From a virus (taxonomy: Duplodnaviria > Caudoviricetes): DNA of 64,000 nucleotides. The notes below the pieces were generated by a model. That model saw only the letters and a program-made list of their open reading frames with translations. It was not told the origin of the DNA and ran no database searches. How positions within the stretch are numbered: position 1 is the stretch's first letter; every line of letters starts with the position of its first letter. The position numbers and the translations under genes were made by a program. Location: the IMG/VR virus record IMGVR_UViG_3300026159_000398, one strand, 5' to 3'. Below, one piece after another: positions 57,542-64,000 of the stretch.

Positions 57542-57790
57542 ATGGCAGAGCCAACCGTTAAAATAAACCCTGACGAATTATTCAATACCGTGATGGACAC
57601 TGTTTTCACTCCTACATTGGAGCGTCATAGTCAACCGGTCACTGAAGAGGCATTAGGAACCAAAATAGCTTCTATGAAGTTCAATCTCGAACGAGAAATT
57701 TTTGAAGTGCTTTCTCACTTTGATATTCCTCGTGAGAAAGCGATTGGAGCTGTCGCAAATTTTATCCAGAATTTAGCACGCATTAAATAG
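57542..57790 (+). CDS. Small protein antisense within the replication cluster
   Basis: AAGGAG RBS and AAATATA upstream; MAEPTVKINPDELF... Confidence 0.6.
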   Translation: MAEPTVKINPDELFNTVMDTVFTPTLERHSQPVTEEALGTKIASMKFNLEREIFEVLSHFDIPREKAIGAVANFIQNLARIK

Positions 57791-58328
57791 GTTTTAAATG
57801 ACCAGTAACTTGGTCAATGATGGCTGATTCAGCCGGTCCAATAGCCATACAAGTGGTAGTTGGCTTGCTGACTTTGCCATCACCATCACATCTTATGCAT
57901 TTAAGTTCCATTGTGCTAGTGGCGCAAGAAACGCCAGTACCAAGGCAAACAGGACAAGTGTCAAAGAATTCGGTTTTGCCTGCATCCTCAATGACTGCAA
58001 AAGGAAGATCGAGAAAAGCCGCTTTATTGCGTAATTCGTAAAGTTCTTCCAGCGAACCAACACCTAAAACAATTTTAGTAAAAAGTCCATCAAGCCATTT
58101 ATCCCAATCAGAATTGGGGTCGTACATGAGTGACTTGATTTTGATGTCTTTTTGGTATGTTGGACCTATTTTATTTGATTGTTCATTGACCAAAAACACA
58201 GGAACAACTTTGCATTCAGTACTCATACGGTCAAGAAGTACTTTCATTGATGCGTGAGCTACTTGTGCACCTATTTTGCCTTTACGCATATTCAAATCGG
58301 TTCTTACGACTATAACTTGCTTTACCAT
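57783..58328 (-). CDS. pth2: Peptidyl-tRNA hydrolase, Pth2 family, with a zinc-finger insertion
   Basis: KQVIVVRTDLNMRKGKIGAQVAHAS, W...KIVL, DAGKTE, T.C.AIGP, IDQVTGHLK. Confidence 0.92.
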   Translation of the reverse strand: MVKQVIVVRTDLNMRKGKIGAQVAHASMKVLLDRMSTECKVVPVFLVNEQSNKIGPTYQKDIKIKSLMYDPNSDWDKWLDGLFTKIVLGVGSLEELYELRNKAAFLDLPFAVIEDAGKTEFFDTCPVCLGTGVSCATSTMELKCIRCDGDGKVSKPTTTCMAIGPAESAIIDQVTGHLKPI

Positions 58329-58645
58329 GGAAAAACACTCCCGCAATAATTACATTTTGATTTTCGTTCTGTTGGAGCACCACAACCAGGACATTTTTCA
58401 GGTCTTTTTTCTTTTTGTATTTGCCCGCGTTTATAGAATGGATTTACTTGTAATTCACTATTGAATTTTCTTCCACCTAAATCCATCGGCTCATAACCTG
58501 CTTCTTTCATACGTTTATCTGTATCAGCTGAAGACATATTGTTGACCCATTGTGTAGCCAAATGTCTAGCAACTGCTTCACGTTGAGCCATTGGTCCTAT
58601 GAGTGGTTTTGGTGTTGTTGGTTTTTTGTTACTGAAGAATCTCAT
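58322..58645 (-). CDS. Hypothetical protein with a C-terminal zinc ribbon
   Basis: CPGCGA...CNYCGS. Confidence 0.65.
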   Translation of the reverse strand: MRFFSNKKPTTPKPLIGPMAQREAVARHLATQWVNNMSSADTDKRMKEAGYEPMDLGGRKFNSELQVNPFYKRGQIQKEKRPEKCPGCGAPTERKSKCNYCGSVFPW

Positions 58646-58839
58646 ATCACTCCGCTACGCAATAAATTATTCGTCCATTGATCAAAACGAATAAAAACTT
58701 CGCTTTGATTATTTGGACATCTATGATACCGTAAAACTTCTGTTATGTAAATATCAGGTTCACAATTTGAGAATCCATAATATTCGACATTCTGAAAGCA
58801 ACCAGTCAATAATAGACAAATGAAAATTATTTTCTTCAT
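58642..58839 (-). CDS. Putative lipoprotein
   Basis: MKKIIFICLLLTG-C lipobox. Confidence 0.6.
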   Translation of the reverse strand: MKKIIFICLLLTGCFQNVEYYGFSNCEPDIYITEVLRYHRCPNNQSEVFIRFDQWTNNLLRSGVI

Positions 58840-58852
58840 TACCAAAGTTCTT

Positions 58853-59515
58853 TTAAATTAGTTTATTGATTCTATTTTGAATTAGTCCGCGTGAACATCC
58901 CAGTTGATCAGCAATTTGTCTTTGTGTTTTACCACAATCTAATAATTTTAAAATCATTTCATCTTTAATGTTTTTTTTGCGATATATTGAAGCAATTGTT
59001 TTCATTTTTTCTTTTTCTATTGGATTTGAAAATCTTTTTTGTTGTGCTATTTTCATATTAACTGTATTGGCTTTTTTTACTTTTAATGATTTTCGCCATT
59101 TTAGATAATCTTTTTTAGATAATTTGTTAATTCTATCTTTTTGAGCAATTTTTTGTGAATTGCTCATTTTAAGCAAGCTTTCTGTTGAATGTTTATGACC
59201 AAAATTTCCTGATTTAGCCTTTGGAGTTAAATTATAACCATAAATTTCATCATAGTTTTGGCCATCACTTCCATAAGCACGATAAAAATATATACATTCT
59301 GTTTCAGCTTTATCTAATTCTTTTTTATTTTTACACAATCCAATAATTCTTTTTTCTAAATGATGATGACGAGTTTTTATTATTTCTTTTATTTGTTTGC
59401 CTGAACCAAAATATTTAGTAGTTTTAATAGGGTCTCCAAGTTTTTGTCCTACATAAACTTTGTGTGTATAATGATCAAGTATTAAATAAATATAACCAAA
59501 AGATTTTTTAGACAT
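58853..59515 (-). CDS. GIY-YIG homing endonuclease with C-terminal HTH
   Basis: GYIYLI...VYVGQ...YFGSG, GYNLT, TQRQIADQLGCS. Confidence 0.9.
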   Translation of the reverse strand: MSKKSFGYIYLILDHYTHKVYVGQKLGDPIKTTKYFGSGKQIKEIIKTRHHHLEKRIIGLCKNKKELDKAETECIYFYRAYGSDGQNYDEIYGYNLTPKAKSGNFGHKHSTESLLKMSNSQKIAQKDRINKLSKKDYLKWRKSLKVKKANTVNMKIAQQKRFSNPIEKEKMKTIASIYRKKNIKDEMILKLLDCGKTQRQIADQLGCSRGLIQNRINKLI

Positions 59516-59561
59516 AATGATTGTTTCTCCAATATGATTATATTATCTTTTGGTAAATATA

Positions 59562-60581
59562 TTAAATAATTTTTTTTAGTTTCCATAGTAATTTGGCTTT
59601 ATAGTCCCAAAAATGAATTCTTTCTTTAAAATCAAATTTTATTCCTTTTTCGGCTAATGTGCCAAAATCTTTTTCATTTAAACCTTTATAATCGAATACA
59701 TAGACTCCGGGTTGATTATGTTCGGTCAACCATTCGGCCCATTTCCATCGAGCATTACGGCCGGCGTCATCATTGTCGAAAACAAGAATTACTTTATTAA
59801 GTTTCTTAGCAAGAATCTTTTTAAATTGTTCTTCAGTTCCGACACCGAACATCGCAACGCCATTAGGACGTTGGATTGCATCAAAACAAGCTTCAAATAC
59901 TGCGCAAGTGGTGCTGAGATTGTCAAGATTCCAGATCGGAAAAACATTTTCACCTCTACTTTTCTTCCATAATAATGGACTTTTGTTTTTAATATCTCGT
60001 CCTGCATAGAAGATTAAATTGCCATCTTCATACACAGGAAAAATTATTCTGTTCTCTTCTTTATTGACAAATAGAACCGTCTTTTTGATGCGATCTTCTG
60101 GAACTTTTCTAGCTCGCAAATAATCAGCATATTCAGTATGGACTTTAGCGTTAAATTTCTCAAACGTATCTGGAATATTTATGTCGCTGACTTCTGCACG
60201 TTCAGAAACAAATAGACAACGAGGTTTGCTGTTACCAAGCATCTCTTTGATGTCAACGCCAACCATGTAGCGTCCAATAAACCATTGCTTGGCTTCTTTA
60301 ACTGAATTAAGGTGCATTACCATTTTAACGAATTTGAAAAATTCTCCATGGTAATCTGAGCCATAAAGAGCTGCAGCCTTGAAGCCATTAAAGACTACAA
60401 TCTTTTTGTCGTCTACTTGCTTGACGCCAATGCCACACCTCCATTTTCGGTCATTTGTACCCCATGAAGGTGGTTCATTGATTTGAATTCTCCAAGCCTC
60501 AGGGTCGCTCTTTGCGATTTTATAAGGCCCGAGATTTTCGTCAGCAATAAAATTTACAACCGCATCTAGTGGTATAAACAT
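59562..60581 (-). CDS. gp61: DNA primase (T4 gp61-like TOPRIM)
   Basis: YLRAR, RIIFP, GR, FEACFDA, VFDND.AG, KD. Confidence 0.85.
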   Translation of the reverse strand: MFIPLDAVVNFIADENLGPYKIAKSDPEAWRIQINEPPSWGTNDRKWRCGIGVKQVDDKKIVVFNGFKAAALYGSDYHGEFFKFVKMVMHLNSVKEAKQWFIGRYMVGVDIKEMLGNSKPRCLFVSERAEVSDINIPDTFEKFNAKVHTEYADYLRARKVPEDRIKKTVLFVNKEENRIIFPVYEDGNLIFYAGRDIKNKSPLLWKKSRGENVFPIWNLDNLSTTCAVFEACFDAIQRPNGVAMFGVGTEEQFKKILAKKLNKVILVFDNDDAGRNARWKWAEWLTEHNQPGVYVFDYKGLNEKDFGTLAEKGIKFDFKERIHFWDYKAKLLWKLKKII

Positions 60582-60582
60582 A

Positions 60583-61050
60583 TTACTTTGTCGTGTCTTT
60601 TGCTTCCTTTGTTATTTCAACCAGATTGTCCATTGAGATCAAAAGTTCGCCATAAAGTTGCTCATGTGCCGTCTTGATATCAATACCTTCAGGCAGCGGA
60701 CGAGTTGCTCCAAGCGAATAACGTTTGTTGTCAACGAGCCAATCGATTTTCAAATCAACTACAGGTCTCTGTTGAATCTCAATTTTTTGAATGATTGCAG
60801 GGGGAACAGTGGATTGTGGTGCCACAGTTTTGGCTGCTGCGAGAGCTTCTCTTTCTGCTTGAACTTCTGCAGAAGATCTGCGTCTACGTACAGGCGGAGC
60901 CAGTGTTTCACCAATTTCTTTGAGGGATTTCCCACTCTTTATTAAGCTAGCGATCTTGTCAATTTCTTCTTGACTTAATACTACACTCTCTTGCACTTCT
61001 TGCGTTTCTTGAACCTCTTCAGCAGGGCTCACTACTTTCTTTCGTCTCAT
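60583..61050 (-). CDS. Hypothetical protein
   Basis: 155 aa ORF. Confidence 0.65.
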   Translation of the reverse strand: MRRKKVVSPAEEVQETQEVQESVVLSQEEIDKIASLIKSGKSLKEIGETLAPPVRRRRSSAEVQAEREALAAAKTVAPQSTVPPAIIQKIEIQQRPVVDLKIDWLVDNKRYSLGATRPLPEGIDIKTAHEQLYGELLISMDNLVEITKEAKDTTK

Positions 61051-61051
61051 G

Positions 61052-61606
61052 TTACTTCAATCCTGTATATTTTTTCGTGTCAATCTTTGGTTTTATGATT
61101 GACTTGATTTTGCTGAAATAATCTTCTACACTGTCGACTATTTGAAAACTCGGAACAGCGAGCATAAATTCCTCAGGAGATTCTGCCGTCTCCTTGACTG
61201 CGTCAATCTCCTTCTGGACACTCCGCTTAATCTTTTCTTCGGAAGCCGATGCGGTCGATTTAAGCGTTTCAATAAACCTCCTCGACGTTTCAAAGCCGTA
61301 TGAAACGATCACTGCATTTTGGATGTGTGGCGTCTTATACACTCGATAACATTTTTGAATAACGTGAGGCAATTTAGGCTTTAAAAAATTGTGGTAGAAA
61401 CGATAGGCGTCTCGCGCATCAAGTCTTTTCAAAGCGACACGCGCTATCATTTCTACCAGTTCATCTGTAAGATCTTTAGACAGATAGTGGATATTGAGGC
61501 AATGAAGTACTTTATCGTCGGCATAAAGGACCAAAGCAAGGGGGTATGGGTCCTTATGGTAACGAGAGTACTTGAAGTACGCGATATATCCACGTTTCAG
61601 CTGCAT
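61052..61606 (-). CDS. DNA end-protector-like protein (gp2-like)
   Basis: YFKY...D.YPL.L.....LNIHYL pattern. Confidence 0.6.
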   Translation of the reverse strand: MQLKRGYIAYFKYSRYHKDPYPLALVLYADDKVLHCLNIHYLSKDLTDELVEMIARVALKRLDARDAYRFYHNFLKPKLPHVIQKCYRVYKTPHIQNAVIVSYGFETSRRFIETLKSTASASEEKIKRSVQKEIDAVKETAESPEEFMLAVPSFQIVDSVEDYFSKIKSIIKPKIDTKKYTGLK

Positions 61607-62238
61607 TACATTTCCATCGAGAGTTGTTTGAACTCAGGTTTCTTAGTAGCATAGAAATACATTGAACGAATAGTGTGGATGTTCTTTTTGAGCATCTTGG
61701 CTATTTCATCCATTTTGTAGCCTTGCTGCTTTAGTATAATTATATTCTTTTCAGTGGGAGAAAATTTATTCAACATTTGCTCTTTAGAGATTTTGTTGAT
61801 AATTTGATCTTCCATTGAAAGAGAAGCACGCATAGGTTTCCATTTGGCTTCATAGTATTCACTTGAAGCTTCAACAGATTCTCCATGCTCTACCGATTTC
61901 CAGTTTTCCATGGAATGCTCATGAGCATTTTTCTTATTCATCTTTTTGCATTCTTGGATTAAATCGTTCTTGATTATCTCCCATGCCCATGTTGAAAGTT
62001 TGGCGGCTTTCTTGCTCTTTTCGTTGAAAGTATCAAGCGCCTTGAAAAGACCGATGCACGCTATTTGATACATATCGTCATAGTGGCTATCGGATTTTTT
62101 CGCAAACTTCAGAGTTATTTCGTTCAAAAATCCTTTATTGCGATTCATGAACAAATTGAACTTGCGAGGGTCTGCTTTGATTTCAAGAATACGCTCATTA
62201 GTCATGTCCGCTATTTTGTAGCTTTCCTTTTTGCTCAT
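61606..62238 (-). CDS. Sigma70-family RNA polymerase sigma factor
   Basis: DDMYQIACIGLFKALDTF..LSTWA (region 2); GYKMDEIAKML....TIRS (region 4 HTH). Confidence 0.85.
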   Translation of the reverse strand: MSKKESYKIADMTNERILEIKADPRKFNLFMNRNKGFLNEITLKFAKKSDSHYDDMYQIACIGLFKALDTFNEKSKKAAKLSTWAWEIIKNDLIQECKKMNKKNAHEHSMENWKSVEHGESVEASSEYYEAKWKPMRASLSMEDQIINKISKEQMLNKFSPTEKNIIILKQQGYKMDEIAKMLKKNIHTIRSMYFYATKKPEFKQLSMEM

Positions 62239-62270
62239 ACACTCTCCTGAAAATTTGTTGTGATATATTA

Positions 62271-62299
62271 AATATAATAAAATTTTATCAAAAAGTAAA
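62271..62299 (-). promoter_or_regulatory. Sigma70-type promoter for the sigma gene
   Basis: TTTACT-17 nt-TATATT. Confidence 0.55.
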
Positions 62300-62334
62300 C
62301 TAAAAATTTACATTCTAATAAAATTTTAAACTTC

Positions 62335-63072
62335 TTACATTAAAATCGAATATGCATACTTTTTCCAATCATGCGAAACTGCGTCGGGGTCTTTGCTTGC
62401 TGCTACCCATAACATAACATCCTCGAACACACGAAAATCCAGTCTCTTGACTTTGTTTACACCAATTTCTTTGGTGATGTAATGCCATGCTTCGTGTTTC
62501 CATTCAACTGGAACTTTAGCAGGCGGAGCATCTTCGAGATGTTCTTCGATGTACGGCGCGATTTCTGACGGACTCACGATTATTTCTATTGGACTTGTTC
62601 GACTTACTATTGCTGGGTCGATCTTGTTTTTAGGAATATTCGTGATCAGAATAACTTTGCTCTGAAAATCAAGAGTCGGCTTGAATGATTTCGTACCTTG
62701 AACAATGAGCATTGTCTGATCGAAATAAGTAATTCGTCTGACGGGTTCATTGGTAACCGCAGCACGAAGAATTTCGACATTTAATTTTTTGCGAATAATG
62801 TCATTAACATCATCGAAAACAATGATCATATTAGGGTCATTGTATTTATGCAATGTGACATACAAAGCTTGGGCGTCTTTAATACCACCTGTTATGTGAG
62901 TGAAAGGAACTCCTTCTTTTTCGAGTTCATCAACAACAGCGAATGATTTGCCGATACCTACACTGCCCATTATCAGTCGAGAAGTTTTATAACCTCTCGT
63001 AACTGCTCTCACTCCCATCCTCAACATCTCCATTTTCTCATTCAGAGACATTGTGTAGTCTTGTTTTTTCAT
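62335..63072 (-). CDS. AAA+ ATPase
   Basis: GSVGIGKS Walker A, IVFDD Walker B, LITN sensor, AIVSR arginine finger. Confidence 0.85.
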   Translation of the reverse strand: MKKQDYTMSLNEKMEMLRMGVRAVTRGYKTSRLIMGSVGIGKSFAVVDELEKEGVPFTHITGGIKDAQALYVTLHKYNDPNMIIVFDDVNDIIRKKLNVEILRAAVTNEPVRRITYFDQTMLIVQGTKSFKPTLDFQSKVILITNIPKNKIDPAIVSRTSPIEIIVSPSEIAPYIEEHLEDAPPAKVPVEWKHEAWHYITKEIGVNKVKRLDFRVFEDVMLWVAASKDPDAVSHDWKKYAYSILM

Positions 63073-63084
63073 TGTAACTTTGTC

Positions 63085-63414
63085 CTATTTGAAGAGCTTC
63101 AACTGTCCAGCTTTTGTTAGCTCTTCATCTTTTTGGTATTGTAGTTGATCATTGTACATTTTTATTGCTTCACTCAAATTCGGTGCGCTCCAACTACGAC
63201 CTTTGTCGTCTCTCACATAAATTGTCACTTCATGATTTGAATCATCATAGACTTCATCGCCATTTTCGACAATAAAATCATACAAATCATCTTTGTCAAT
63301 TGTTTCAAGAGCATCTATTCTTAGCATTTCACGCAATTGATCTGGAGAATCTACTTCCAGTTCATGTTCTATTTCAAGTGTATGGGCACTTTGAAAAACA
63401 ATTTTCATACTCAC
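63085..63414 (-). CDS. Acidic hypothetical protein
   Basis: 109 aa, AGGAG RBS. Confidence 0.65.
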   Translation of the reverse strand: MSMKIVFQSAHTLEIEHELEVDSPDQLREMLRIDALETIDKDDLYDFIVENGDEVYDDSNHEVTIYVRDDKGRSWSAPNLSEAIKMYNDQLQYQKDEELTKAGQLKLFK

Positions 63415-63498
63415 TCCTACGCCTTTTCGTCAAATTTCTGTCCTTTAAGAATTATATTCCGGGACCAATCCGTTTGTTTAGAATTATAGGGACATGGC

Positions 63499-63666
63499 TC
63501 ACTTATTTTTTCGATTGGTTTTACTTTTAGATTCTTTTTTACCGGAAACTGAATCACCACTGTTTGATTCGGCGCTGTCGGTTTTAACATCTTTTTTGCT
63601 CCCTAGTTTTAATATGATGCACATCAGTGTCGTGGCACCAATAATTACCCAATCATAGAATCCCAT
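63499..63666 (-). CDS. Small membrane protein (55 aa)
   Basis: MGFYDWVIIGATTLMCIILKL TM followed by a charged tail. Confidence 0.5.
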   Translation of the reverse strand: MGFYDWVIIGATTLMCIILKLGSKKDVKTDSAESNSGDSVSGKKESKSKTNRKNK

Positions 63667-63756
63667 GTTATCCCTTCAGTTGTTTAAAAATGTAGTTGCC
63701 AAAAACTGCGGCAGCTATTAGAATCATCAACACTATCAGAATTACGGCCAATGTTT

Positions 63757-63993
63757 TCATTTCTTTTTTCCTATTTTCGCTATGTACTTTTGTAACAAAT
63801 TATTTTTTGGACCATCAATCATTGTTGAGTGGCTCCAAACAAGATTCTCAAAAAATGCATTGACTCGACTTACATCAATGTCAGCGTATTTATTGAACTT
63901 GCTCAACTTCAATGAGTTATCCAAAAGATACGCGGCCCATTCATCTTCAATACGGTCGGCAGTGTTGTATCTATTGGTCAACTGGGTTTGCAT
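63757..63993 (-). CDS. Hypothetical protein
   Basis: 78 aa ORF at the right edge. Confidence 0.55.
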   Translation of the reverse strand: MQTQLTNRYNTADRIEDEWAAYLLDNSLKLSKFNKYADIDVSRVNAFFENLVWSHSTMIDGPKNNLLQKYIAKIGKKK

Positions 63994-64000
63994 AATTTCT

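Noticed and set aside
1-64000. tRNA, rRNA, integrase or transposase genes
   Set aside because: None recognisable by eye; intergenic gaps are short and accounted for, though tRNAscan was not run

Overview
This window is an AT-rich segment of a large T4-like (myovirus) bacteriophage genome, mostly encoded on the minus strand. No host can be assigned from sequence alone, although lipoprotein and outer-membrane-type signals hint at a diderm host. Recognisable core genes are the gp47/gp46 recombination nuclease, Hsp20, tail tube, an enlarged tail sheath, gp15/gp14/gp13-like neck and tail-completion proteins, major capsid, scaffold, prohead protease, portal, large terminase, a gp55-like and a sigma70-like sigma factor, two gp26-like baseplate hub proteins, helicase, primase, a gp2-like end protector, Pth2 and an AAA ATPase. 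Ten free-standing homing-endonuclease genes (HEGs) are interspersed. Four things stand out. (1) About 30 otherwise unrelated ORFs share an N-terminal M-x-(K/R/T)-F-x-(E/Q/D)-Y-(L/F/M/I)-E peptide resembling the T4 capsid-targeting/prohead-protease signal, including a 15-gene cassette array at 0.2-7.7 kb. This implies a greatly expanded arsenal of head-packaged, injected proteins. (2) A plus-strand operon encodes a P-loop kinase, an HxGH-nucleotidyltransferase/ligase-like fusion and a Pol-beta-type nucleotidyltransferase, whose N-termini also resemble that tag. (3) A covarying three-way-junction RNA with an RBS-sequestering pseudoknot lies upstream of three GIY-YIG HEGs. (4) Two genes are split by single -1 frameshifts. 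All family assignments are by eye from motifs; no searches were run.
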